Of a stretch of DNA of 64,000 nt, positions 9,701 through 18,212 are shown one piece after another. The notes beneath the pieces are model-generated. The model saw nothing but the letters and a program-made list of their open reading frames with translations. It was not told where the DNA came from and did no database searches. The DNA lies in the NCBI GenBank assembly GCA_043821585.1, contig JBDRCQ010000002.1, positions 49,658 through 113,657 of the forward strand, given 5' to 3'. Made by a program: the position numbers and the translations under genes. The first letter of the stretch is position 1. Each line of letters begins with the position of its first letter. The DNA comes from an archaeon (GTDB taxonomy: Archaea; Nanobdellota; Nanobdellia; Pacearchaeales; GW2011-AR1).

Positions 9701-10750
9701 GCTGTTATCCCCTGTGAGGGTTATTATCATGATGTCTCCTTCGTTTGTGGTTAATAGCTTCGCTTCTCGCAGGTATGCCGTGTTGCCATCTCCTTCGGTG
9801 AGATCAAAGCAAGAATACTCTCCTTCGTTCGTCCAATTTGTGCCGTTCCACCATTTCCAGGAGAACTCATTGTCATTATAATTACTTGCGCAGAGATTGT
9901 TCGTTTCTACATGGATCATCACATAATCATCATCTGAGGTTCTATATTCTATTTTTGGATAATCATGTTGTACAGAAGGATCTGTTCCATTGAAGGGTAC
10001 TTCTACATAGAGGTTTTCGTTGTCGTATTGAGTTACCCATTCTCCGTTGTTCCACAATTTCCATTGTGGCGAGGCATCAGATTCGTCATATCTTAGGGCA
10101 GTAATCCTTTGTTTGTAGGGACAACCGAGACTACAAGCGTAACTAGACACCATTATTGCGATGTCTTCTCCGTTTGTTGCTAGGTCATTGAACGAACCCC
10201 TCCAATTCTTTAAGACTGTGCGGGGTTCTTCGTCTTGTTCGTAAACCTTGTCTTCGGTATAGAGGCTAAAGTTTTCATCTTTAAGTTTGAGGCTTAGAGA
10301 TGCGCCATGTACGTCTAAGATTGTCGAAAGACTTTTAGATGCTCCGCGATATGCTCCGATGAGTTCGCTTCCATCATTGAATGATTTTATTTTTATGTCA
10401 TATAATGCCTCTGTGAGGCTTATTCTCTTTGCTAGTTTTTCTTGATCTGAAGACCAACCGTCTTTTGTGTATGTTTCCCAGAAGAATCCATCTTTTCTTA
10501 GTCTGCTTGAGAACATGTTTTTTTCGTTGTCGGAATAGATGAGGTAAATTGTGTCATCGATGACTTCCGTTTCTATTTTAGGTGGTTGTTCTTCGCCAAT
10601 TATTGGATTTCCGAGGTTGAATGCGATCCATTGTTGTGGGCTAAGTGCCGGGGGTTCCTGAGTTGTTTTGGGAATTAGAAGGATTATAGCTATAATGAGA
10701 AGTAGTAAGGCAATGGCTGTAGGAAGTATAACTCTCTTTTTTAAATGCAT
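6746..10750 (-). pseudogene. large surface protein (NHL repeats, Cys/Asp-rich repeats, dockerin-like EF-hand pair, N- and C-terminal TM) interrupted by one in-frame TAG
   Basis: ORFs 7322..10750 and 6746..7288 share a frame: ...ICTTGE*SECSVVGCGPEMICDDEIDG. NHL motif FPQGIDVDNSTGDVFVADGGNGRIQK; EICNDGIDNDCNG repeats; DFNGDGEIDLVD and DANRDGAVNSFD. Confidence 0.75.
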
Positions 10751-10870
10751 GAGAAAAGGAGGATTATATGATTTAATAACTTATTCTCTCTTTTGGCGGG
10801 GCAGTTTTTAGAGACGCCCAGCTAACCTTAAAAATAAAATAATTGTGTTAAACTGAACTTAGAAATCTAA

Positions 10871-11062
10871 TTATGCTTTCTTTACGTTAACTGCTTTTGG
10901 ACCTTTTTCTCCATCTTCTACGTCAAATGTAACTTCGTCGTTTTCATTCAGTGTCATGCCTTCTTCTAGTGCTGACTGATGAACAAAGACGTCTTTTCCA
11001 TCTTCCGCAGTGATGAATCCAAATCCTTTCGATGCGTTGAAAAACTTTACTGTTCCTTTCAT
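10871..11062 (-). CDS. cspA: cold-shock domain protein
   Basis: [17 protein letters not shown] (RNP1) and DVFVH (RNP2); GGAGGT RBS upstream of ATG 11062. Confidence 0.95.
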   Translation of the reverse strand: MKGTVKFFNASKGFGFITAEDGKDVFVHQSALEEGMTLNENDEVTFDVEDGEKGPKAVNVKKA

Positions 11063-11373
11063 TTTTACCTCCCGGTATTGTTGTATCAAAACAGTCTAAC
11101 TTTTGGCTAGAATGTTCTAACGTTTATAAGAAAAATTATTCACTTTTAAATGCTTCTATTTCCCTCCGTTCTGTTGAAAACCTCTTTTTGGGGATTGTTT
11201 GCACCCTCTAGCCCGCCCAGAAAGGATTTGTTATATTATTTGAAAATGTTTTGTAGCTTGATGTTATTAGGCAGTTCGTTTTTTAGATTTGTGTCGCGTG
11301 GTGGGGATTATCTGGTTTGAAAGATACATTTTTGTGACTAAATTATTATAAACTCTTAGAACGGTTGTATTTT

Positions 11374-11652
11374 ATGGGTACGGATAATTTTAGGGTTTCA
11401 AATCTTTTTTTTGAGCCGACGGGCGTGGTGAAGGACGTGAATATAATGGGGGTTTTTGTAGGCTTTGTTCGTATGGGCGGAGATGTAATGGATAGAAAAG
11501 TTTATCTGCATACTGCTGATGAAGTGTCTCGTTTGTTACAATCGGGTGGGGTTCCGGCGTGCGAGATTGGGCGCGCGATAGATATTTATAATCAAATGGG
11601 AAGTAGTCTGGAAGGAGAGGGGTTTGAAAGGTATAATATAGTTACTGGTTAG
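11374..11652 (+). CDS. hypothetical protein
   Basis: TTATAAAC TATA-like box at 11346-11353 at leaderless distance from ATG 11374; no recognised motif. Confidence 0.45.
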   Translation: MGTDNFRVSNLFFEPTGVVKDVNIMGVFVGFVRMGGDVMDRKVYLHTADEVSRLLQSGGVPACEIGRAIDIYNQMGSSLEGEGFERYNIVTG

Positions 11653-12539
11653 TTCTCTTTTTTGTAAGAATCTTCTTGTTCCTGTTCTAACATTTCCTGT
11701 TGTGCTGCGATTTCGGCTTCTTTGCGCATTTGTTCTAACTCTGAGGCAAACTTTTTGTTGTGAGTTTCTTTCATCCAGACGTAGATTTCTTCTAAGTGTT
11801 TTTCTTGTTCGAGCAGGACTTTGTGCTGGTTGTCTAGGTGGAGAAGTGGGACGAAATGGTTGACTCTTTCTTCGCTAAGGTGATTTTTGTCCCCGAGAAG
11901 TTCTGAAAAGGCCACCGGGTGTTCGCGGTCTGAAGTGAAGAAACCTTTAAGTTTGCTGTAGACTGTTTTTACCATGTCTTTTAGGTTGATGGTTCCTTTT
12001 GGGATTGAGATTGCGGTTTCGATTTCTTGTTGTTTTGCCGTTACAACTTTTCTTATTCTTCTGTTTTCTGTGGTTATCGCCTTGCCTAACGCAGAGAGTA
12101 ATTCCTGGAGAGATACTTTTCTGTTTCTTGGTAGTGGCGTTCTTTGAACTAGGTCTGGAATTTCATCTTCAAGCTCGATGCGTTCTTGTTCGTATCTTTT
12201 GTTTTCTTTTTTGCCGAAGAGAATGTCATCTAATGACGGAAGGTATTGGTTTAGGAGAATTTCGGATTTTATCCTTAGCAGAAGAGCTGCTGCGAAAAGG
12301 ACTTTTGATGAAACAAACAAGTTTGCCTCTTCGAGTTCATGTAGTTTTTCTAGATATCTGTTAGTTAGTACTACCAGATCGATGTCCCAAGGGTCGAGTT
12401 GTTCGGAGTTGATTAAGTCGAGAATTATGGCCTGCCAACTAAGTTGGTCTCCGAAAAGTAGGCCGTGGATCTGTTCTTGTCCTACCTTGTCTTTTTTTGG
12501 TGTTTCCCGAATCACCTCAGGGGCCTGAGAATCAGTCAT
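11649..12539 (-). CDS. scpA: segregation and condensation protein A (kleisin)
   Basis: LDPWDIDLVVLTNRYL, SSKVLFAAALLLRIKSEIL and C-terminal FVPLLHLDNQHKVLLEQ motifs. Confidence 0.9.
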   Translation of the reverse strand: MTDSQAPEVIRETPKKDKVGQEQIHGLLFGDQLSWQAIILDLINSEQLDPWDIDLVVLTNRYLEKLHELEEANLFVSSKVLFAAALLLRIKSEILLNQYLPSLDDILFGKKENKRYEQERIELEDEIPDLVQRTPLPRNRKVSLQELLSALGKAITTENRRIRKVVTAKQQEIETAISIPKGTINLKDMVKTVYSKLKGFFTSDREHPVAFSELLGDKNHLSEERVNHFVPLLHLDNQHKVLLEQEKHLEEIYVWMKETHNKKFASELEQMRKEAEIAAQQEMLEQEQEDSYKKEN

Positions 12540-12624
12540 GCCTTTATTTGGAAGGGATGGTTTAAATTAGTTGCGTAGGAAATGTTTTTAAAGGGGAATT
12601 TGTATTGTAGCGTGTTAAACGAAC

Positions 12625-12638
12625 CTTGGTATACCAAG
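12625..12638. promoter_or_regulatory. perfect 14-bp palindrome, candidate operator
   Basis: CTTGGTATACCAAG between the divergent scpA start and the promoter at 12696. Confidence 0.35.
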
Positions 12639-12695
12639 ATATACCACTGTGGAATTGTGCGTTAACACTGTTCCCATTGAGAAGTTACAACAAAC

Positions 12696-12711
12696 CGAAA
12701 AGTTTAAATAC
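12696..12711 (+). promoter_or_regulatory. archaeal BRE/TATA promoter with no downstream ORF
   Basis: CGAAAAGTTTAAATAC, nearly identical to the promoters at 29551 and 33452. Confidence 0.7.
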
Positions 12712-12731
12712 CACTTATGACTCTATTTATT

Positions 12732-12958
12732 ATCACCTCTTTTTGCCCGGGAGAGGACGTTTAGTTCATCTATTTAGCTTGGATTAAACCTCCCCTCCAA
12801 GGGTTAATCAAATCTTCGATTTGATCAGACTACTGCATGCTCGATGAGCTCGCATGAGGGTTTAAATGAATTGACGAATTTGTTGAAGCATTCTTCAAGA
12901 TTGTTCAAAAGTCCTTTGATAAGGCAGAACGATATATCCGAGTGAAAAGGGAGGTGAT
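12732..12958 (+). ncRNA. candidate structured non-coding RNA, family unknown
   Basis: Starts 36 nt after the BRE. 13-bp terminal helix 12732-12744/12946-12958 (11 Watson-Crick + 2 G-U). Several internal hairpins; no ATG-initiated ORF. Confidence 0.55.
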
Positions 12959-13072
12959 TGCATATTCTTTAGAATTAGGACATTAATCTCGTCTAAAATC
13001 GAGCACTGTTGTCCTCACGTTCATTTGTCTAGAATTAGGAGCATGACGACCTCTTATGCTCGGGATTAGGCG

Positions 13073-13450
13073 TTAGTTTAAACAGATTGGAGCAACTGGC
13101 ATTGCACGGATTCTTGTGATCGGTCGGATGATTTGATGTTGGGTCATTTGTGTTGGTTTGGAGTATTGATAAGGATATTTGACTACAATTACTTGCGGTT
13201 GTTTTAACTGGATTGGAGCTTCTTGGATTTGGACTATTTTGGTTACTGTAGGGCAGTATGACGCGTCACAGTAGGTCCTGTATGCATTGAATGGCGTATA
13301 GAAAATGTCTGCTTTTGGGGCGAAGTCGGGGTTGAGATACATCGAGTCTTCATAGTCATGTATGTCGTTTGAGGCTTCTATGTAGTATGAGGCTGAAACG
13401 AAACTAGAAAGTAGAATAAGTGAGAATAGCGCCAATATTGTTTTGTTCAT
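13073..13450 (-). CDS. secreted hypothetical protein
   Basis: Signal peptide MNKTILALFSLILLSSFVSA. Confidence 0.6.
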   Translation of the reverse strand: MNKTILALFSLILLSSFVSASYYIEASNDIHDYEDSMYLNPDFAPKADIFYTPFNAYRTYCDASYCPTVTKIVQIQEAPIQLKQPQVIVVKYPYQYSKPTQMTQHQIIRPITRIRAMPVAPICLN

Positions 13451-13530
13451 GTTTTTTTGAGAGCCAGGGGGTTAATAAAGATAATTGCCTTTTGAAAGAT
13501 AGTTTTGTAAAATTATGATTTTTTGAAGAA

Positions 13531-13806
13531 TTAGAGGTCGAAATCTTCAATGAAGCCAGTGATGATGTTGTATTTTTCAAGGTAGCGTTGGCCTTTGTCG
13601 GTTAGGCTGAAATATTTCCTTCCAACTTTATCTTTTCTCTCTTCGATAAATCCTTTCTCTTGGAGTTCGGAGATGTATTCCGTGAATCTTTGACTTGAAA
13701 GGTTGGAGTATCTGAGAAGAGGGGTTGGTTTGATTTCGTTTTTGTTTTCTTTTATAACTTGTAGAATGTCTTTTATAACTTGCAATCGGTCGCGTTTTTG
13801 TGCCAT
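13531..13806 (-). CDS. winged helix-turn-helix transcription regulator (archaeal ArnR1/HTH_45-like)
   Basis: RDRLQVIKDIL...PTPLLRYSNLS...YFSLTDKG pattern. Confidence 0.8.
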   Translation of the reverse strand: MAQKRDRLQVIKDILQVIKENKNEIKPTPLLRYSNLSSQRFTEYISELQEKGFIEERKDKVGRKYFSLTDKGQRYLEKYNIITGFIEDFDL

Positions 13807-13807
13807 T

Positions 13808-14536
13808 TTAAGGTCCGGTTTTCTTGATTACTTTGTACAGCAAAAGTAAAAAGATGCTGATGGAGGCTAGGTAAATGATAAGCTGGTTTGGGTAGAGGAA
13901 GTTTGGCACGAGTATATCTAGGACGTTGAGAACCCAGAATATTGCAAGGAATGCGTAGAGCAGATAAATTTGTTGGGAGGTCTTCTTTTTTTTGTCTCGG
14001 TTGTAGGTTGTTATTGCAAGCAAGAGCACTATGGCGGATTGGATTATTAATAAGACTAGAATATTATTTGTTAGAATCCCAAGGGCAGAAATTATTATTG
14101 CGATTGCATGCAAGAGAAAAGAGTTGTAGGATTTTGATTTAAACCATTTTGATTGTGAAGACGCCCAAAGGTAGAATATGGCCGTTGTTGAAGCGTACAT
14201 GAAGAGCATTAGTGAAACTAGGGAAATTATTCCGATTTGGGTTTGGAGTGTTCTTGGGTGGCCAAGGGATAGAAAGATGAATTGGGTGAGAAAACGGAAG
14301 AGGTAAGCTATGGCGAAGAAGAGGAATGTTAGTCTGAAGTACTTTATGCCTTTGTGGTTGGAGAGGTCGTAAAGTTCTTTTGTGCCGAAGTAGATCATGA
14401 GGCTGACAAAGATAATCACAAATGAGTAGATTGTGTCTATTCCAACGCTTTGCATTAGGCCTGCCATTGGGCCCATCATTGTACCTGGGGGCATGCTTAA
14501 ACTTGGGAATTGAAGTATAAAAAGGAAATGGAACAT
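13808..14536 (-). CDS. about 7-TM membrane protein with Met-rich N-terminus
   Basis: Hydrophobic helices; HKGIKYFRLTFLFFAIAY; stop lies 1 nt before the wHTH start. Confidence 0.7.
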   Translation of the reverse strand: MFHFLFILQFPSLSMPPGTMMGPMAGLMQSVGIDTIYSFVIIFVSLMIYFGTKELYDLSNHKGIKYFRLTFLFFAIAYLFRFLTQFIFLSLGHPRTLQTQIGIISLVSLMLFMYASTTAIFYLWASSQSKWFKSKSYNSFLLHAIAIIISALGILTNNILVLLIIQSAIVLLLAITTYNRDKKKKTSQQIYLLYAFLAIFWVLNVLDILVPNFLYPNQLIIYLASISIFLLLLYKVIKKTGP

Positions 14537-14626
14537 TGATGTACATCTTGCCTTCTTTTTGTTTAAATAGAAAGTAGTTTTCTGTTGTATATGAAAAATG
14601 AAATCTTGAAAGGGGGTAATGAGAAC

Positions 14627-15166
14627 ATGAAGATGAAGAAAAATTTAGTGCCTGTTGTCGCTGCTTTGGCGGTTTTTGGCTTGCTTAGTGCTACGGTTGT
14701 TTCGGCCTACGGTTTTGGTTGGATGAATAGCATGGGCGATGATGAGCGTGATGCTCTGAGGACAGCCGTTGAAGATGGAGACTATACTACTTGGAGAAAT
14801 GCTATGGAATCTCAGATAAGTGAGGAGAGATTTAACGAAATGCAAGCAAGACATTCAGAAATGCAACAGCATAGGGTGGCAGTTGAGGCTGCTATCGAAG
14901 TAGGCGATTACGCTGCATGGGTTGAAGCTATGGGGGACAAGGCTAACGGTCGGGGCGCTGACATGGTCAGTCTTGTGACTGAAGAGAACTTTGCTTTATT
15001 TGTTGAAATGCATAGGGCTATGGAATCTGGAGATTTTGATAGAGCTCAAGAAATAAGGGGAGAGCTTGGGTTTCCAGAAGGTCCGGGTGGATGTGATGGC
15101 TCCGGTGCTGGTGGCTTCGAAAAAGGAATGCGCGGGCACGGTATGGGGATGCATGGTGGATTCTAA
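14627..15166 (+). CDS. secreted helical protein with Met/His/Gly-rich tail
   Basis: Signal peptide; internal repeat AVEDGDYTTW/AIEVGDYAAW/AMESGDF; tail GMRGHGMGMHGGF. Confidence 0.75.
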   Translation: MKMKKNLVPVVAALAVFGLLSATVVSAYGFGWMNSMGDDERDALRTAVEDGDYTTWRNAMESQISEERFNEMQARHSEMQQHRVAVEAAIEVGDYAAWVEAMGDKANGRGADMVSLVTEENFALFVEMHRAMESGDFDRAQEIRGELGFPEGPGGCDGSGAGGFEKGMRGHGMGMHGGF

Positions 15167-15215
15167 TTCTGGATCCCTCAGGAAGATTTAAATTGTTTTT
15201 TTACTTGTTTATTTT

Positions 15216-15611
15216 ATGAAGAGGATTTATACGTATTCTTTAGTGGTCTGGGTGCTTTTTGTTATACTGGCGATTATTAACGGGCTTGTTCGCGATAAAT
15301 ATTATTCGGACTCTTTGAGTGAACTTTCGAAGTACCAGGTTTCTTCGGTTGTTTTGGTTTTTGTTCTTCTGATTGTTATGTATCTTTTCTTTAGAAAGTT
15401 TGGTGCTGCTTATTCAAATGGAGATTTGTGGAAAATAGGTTTTATGTGGCTTGTTTTGACTGTTGCGTTTGAATTTGTTTTTGGGCATTATATCGTGGGG
15501 CATGAATTGGGCGGGGCATTTGTAGATTACAACATTTTTGCGGGACGATTGCAGTTGTTGGTTCTGTTTTTTACCTTGATTGGGCCGTGGTTTGTTGCTA
15601 GAAATAATTAA
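15216..15611 (+). CDS. 4-TM membrane protein
   Basis: Four hydrophobic segments; FEFVFGHY and DYNIFAGRL motifs. Confidence 0.65.
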   Translation: MKRIYTYSLVVWVLFVILAIINGLVRDKYYSDSLSELSKYQVSSVVLVFVLLIVMYLFFRKFGAAYSNGDLWKIGFMWLVLTVAFEFVFGHYIVGHELGGAFVDYNIFAGRLQLLVLFFTLIGPWFVARNN

Positions 15612-17122
15612 TTTTGTTGTCTTCGGCCTCTTCTGGCTTGGCCACGAGATTGCCCTGTTGAATTAGGCCTTTTCGATGGTCTGTCGGTTCTGTAACTACT
15701 AGTTGGACGATTTTCTGTGCCGTAGCTTTTACTGTTTCCTCTGGATCTGCTACCGCTACTTCCGTAACTGCTGCTACGGCTTCCGCTTCTGCCATAACTT
15801 CCTCCGCTTCCGCCACCTCCGCCGCCAGATCTCCCGCCACCGCTTCTGGTTCCGGATCTGCTTCCCCCGCTTGATCTCCCGCCGCCTCCACTGCCACTTC
15901 TGCCCCTGCCTCCGCCGCCGCCACCTCGGCTGCCGCCTCCCCTAAATCCGCCTTGCCCACTTCTTCTCTGATTTCTTTCTTCTCTTCTTTCAGGCATCCA
16001 ACGAATTCTCGTTCTTTGTAGTTCTGGAGTTTCTTCTTTTTTGATGTTGAAGTCACTTTGCATGACGTTTTGGAAGTTTTCGTAGTCCCTGCTTGATACG
16101 AGATTGATAACCTTGCCTTCTTTTCCTGCTCTTGCCGTACGGCCAATCCGGTGTGTATATTCATCTTCAGATTTTGGAGAATCGTAGTTGTAGATATGAG
16201 TAACTCCTTTGATGTCAAGGCCTCTTGCGGCGACGTCGGTTGCTACCAAAATATTGACTTTTTTTGCGTGGAAGTCTGCGATCATTTTGGTTCTTTTTTC
16301 CTGAGAGTAGCCCCCATGAAGTGGAAGGGATTCAATTCCCATGAATTTTAAGTTGTTGACTATGAAGTCGACGTTTTTTCTTGTGTTACAAAAGACCATT
16401 ACTAAGTTTGATTTTTCACTTTCAAGGAGGTGTTTGAGTAATGAATATTTCAGGCTATTATCTACGTCGTAATAAACTTGTTCTAGTTTAGTCGGGTCGA
16501 CGTGGGGTTGGGCGTTTACTTCAATAGGGTCTTTCATGTGTCTTTTTGAGAGAAATGTTATGTCTGGGGAAATTGTTGCGGAGAATAGCATGGTTTGTCT
16601 TTCGTTAGGACATTCTGAAACGATCCTTATCACGTCGTCTCTGAAGCCCATGTCGAGCATTCTGTCTGCTTCGTCCAGGACTAGTGTGTTTACGTGCGAA
16701 AGGTTGATTGTTCTTTTGTTTATGTGGTCTAAAATTCTTCCGGGAGTGCCTATTACGATGTCTGCTGTTTCTAGTAGGCGTACTTGCCTTTCCATATTTA
16801 CTCCGCCATAGACTGCGATTATTTCAAGGTCTTTTGGTCCTGAAAATTCAGCGATTTCTTTTGAGATTTGTTCGGCTAGTTCTCTTGTAGGCGTTAAAAC
16901 AAGGCCCCTGATCCCATGTTTTCTTACTGCATTTTTTATTAATCCTACTGCGAATGCGAGGGTTTTACCTGAGCCTGTTGATGCTCCACCAATTACATCT
17001 TTTCCTTCTAGGATTAGCGGTATTGCTTTCTCTTGTATTTCGGATGGGGCTTCGAAGCCTCTTGCTTTGATTGTCTTGAGCAAGGGACTGTCTTTTCCCA
17101 ATAGTTTCTCAAATTTTTCCAT
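15608..17122 (-). CDS. DEAD-box RNA helicase with RGG/Ser-rich C-terminal tail
   Basis: Q motif (PSEIQ), STGSGKT, PTRELA, TPGR, DEAD, SAT, ARGLD and HRIGRTAR. Start placed at MEKFEKL. Confidence 0.95.
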   Translation of the reverse strand: MEKFEKLLGKDSPLLKTIKARGFEAPSEIQEKAIPLILEGKDVIGGASTGSGKTLAFAVGLIKNAVRKHGIRGLVLTPTRELAEQISKEIAEFSGPKDLEIIAVYGGVNMERQVRLLETADIVIGTPGRILDHINKRTINLSHVNTLVLDEADRMLDMGFRDDVIRIVSECPNERQTMLFSATISPDITFLSKRHMKDPIEVNAQPHVDPTKLEQVYYDVDNSLKYSLLKHLLESEKSNLVMVFCNTRKNVDFIVNNLKFMGIESLPLHGGYSQEKRTKMIADFHAKKVNILVATDVAARGLDIKGVTHIYNYDSPKSEDEYTHRIGRTARAGKEGKVINLVSSRDYENFQNVMQSDFNIKKEETPELQRTRIRWMPERREERNQRRSGQGGFRGGGSRGGGGGGRGRSGSGGGGRSSGGSRSGTRSGGGRSGGGGGGSGGSYGRSGSRSSSYGSSGSRSRGNSKSYGTENRPTSSYRTDRPSKRPNSTGQSRGQARRGRRQQN

Positions 17123-17221
17123 TTTCAAAAGGTTAAGAAATAGCAAACGTATTTCTTTAACAACATTTTATGTTGGATAATTAAGTTTGTAAATGAGGGT
17201 TTATTAAGGTTTGGATTAGGA

Positions 17222-17959
17222 TTATTGAAGTTCTGGTGCTTCTTGAGAGCCTTCTAGTGTCTGGAACTGTTGCTCAGGTGACTCTTGAAGTTCTGGAGGA
17301 GGGGTAGTCAAGTAAACAATGTCTGCATTTGATCTTAGATTTTCTACATAAGTTGTGATCTCTTCCTGCTGTTTTTGTATGGCTATTGCTTGTTTTAATT
17401 GAGTGGCTATCTGTTCATATGGTACGATTACCTCGCTGTCTGGGAACATTGCGTTTTTGTTTTCTTCATAATATGCCTGAGCCTCTTCGTCTGTGATCTC
17501 TGGGAGGGGGGTTTTTTCTTCTAGGAGCATGTCGATTGATACTTGTTCTCTGTAGACTTCCATTTCAGTGTCATAGTCTTCTCCGCTTGAGATTAAGGCT
17601 TTTTTTACGTCGTCAAGTGTTTTTCCCGTTGGGGCTAACTGCTGGCTAAGGTGTGCCTCTGCTTCTTCGGGCGTTAGAGTTATGCCGAGCTTGTCTGCTT
17701 CTTCAAGCATTAGTTTTTCTCCGATCACTCTTTCTAGAGCCTGTTCTACGGTTATGTCTGTTTGTCTCGTTAAAGCTACCGCCTTTTGGGCTCTTTTTAT
17801 GTCTACCATTGTTATGGATTGGCTGTTGACACTAGCGATTATTTCTTGATCTTCTTCGCTTAAAGTTTGGGTCTTTGGGTCGTTATTTGATATGATTATA
17901 GCAGCTAGGGCCAAAATCACAACAACGGCAAGAACGCCATATTTGATGTTTTTGTTCAT
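17222..17959 (-). CDS. membrane-anchored SurA N-terminal-domain chaperone
   Basis: N-terminal anchor; IIASVNSQSIT...ALERVIGEKLMLEEADKLGITLT...YVENLRSNADI. Confidence 0.75.
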   Translation of the reverse strand: MNKNIKYGVLAVVVILALAAIIISNNDPKTQTLSEEDQEIIASVNSQSITMVDIKRAQKAVALTRQTDITVEQALERVIGEKLMLEEADKLGITLTPEEAEAHLSQQLAPTGKTLDDVKKALISSGEDYDTEMEVYREQVSIDMLLEEKTPLPEITDEEAQAYYEENKNAMFPDSEVIVPYEQIATQLKQAIAIQKQQEEITTYVENLRSNADIVYLTTPPPELQESPEQQFQTLEGSQEAPELQ

Positions 17960-18010
17960 TTTTAATAATGGTTCGGGGAGGGGGTTTTATTTAAGTGTTT
18001 TGGTGTTTTT

Positions 18011-18152
18011 GCTCTGTTGAAGGCCTCTTTTTTGACGGGCTCACAATTTCCCGCTATTCTTTTGCTTTCAGCAAAAAACCCTCCCTGTTCCTCCAAATCC
18101 ACCTCCGCCCCAAATAATTAGTAAGCCCGCGGCTTAGTTTTTTCAACAGAGC
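18011..18152. mobile_element. MITE copy A (142 bp), IS5/IS903-like ends
   Basis: Perfect 11-bp TIR GCTCTGTTGAA/TTCAACAGAGC; flanking 7-bp direct repeat TGTTTTT; internal homology to 60558-60700. Confidence 0.65.
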
Positions 18153-18212
18153 TGTTTTTTGTGTGCAATAGTTTAAATACCCTCGAAATTTTTGTTTTGC
18201 ACGGAGGTACCA

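Noticed and set aside
11168-11190. GTTCTGTTGAAAACCTCTTTTTG as a third MITE copy
   Set aside because: Resembles the left end only; no matching right TIR or internal blocks about 140 bp downstream. At most a solo relic.
11649-12539. scpA without smc/scpB neighbours as an unusual condensin
   Set aside because: Unlinked smc and scp genes are common in archaea; this cannot be judged from one window.
12732-12958. Identification as RNase P RNA, SRP RNA, tRNA or a group I/II intron
   Set aside because: The diagnostic conserved motifs were not found by eye; a covariance-model search is needed.
12870-12986. 38-codon open stretch IDEFVEAFFKIVQKSFDKAE... inside the candidate RNA
   Set aside because: Preceded by an in-frame TGA with no start codon or RBS; kept only as a caveat to the ncRNA call.
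12970-13040. 11-bp direct repeat TAGAATTAGGA (12970 and 13030) as a CRISPR remnant
   Set aside because: Only two short copies and no cas genes.
15700-15960. GGC/GGA-rich quasi-tandem repeats (also 18235-18315 and 55260-55710)
   Set aside because: Explained by RGG and Gly-rich protein segments.
15598-16218. Alternative-frame ORF with an Ala/Glu-rich tract, and similar shadow ORFs (1549-1986, 47995-48606, 55268-55645)
   Set aside because: By-products of low-complexity or biased codons in well-supported overlapping genes.
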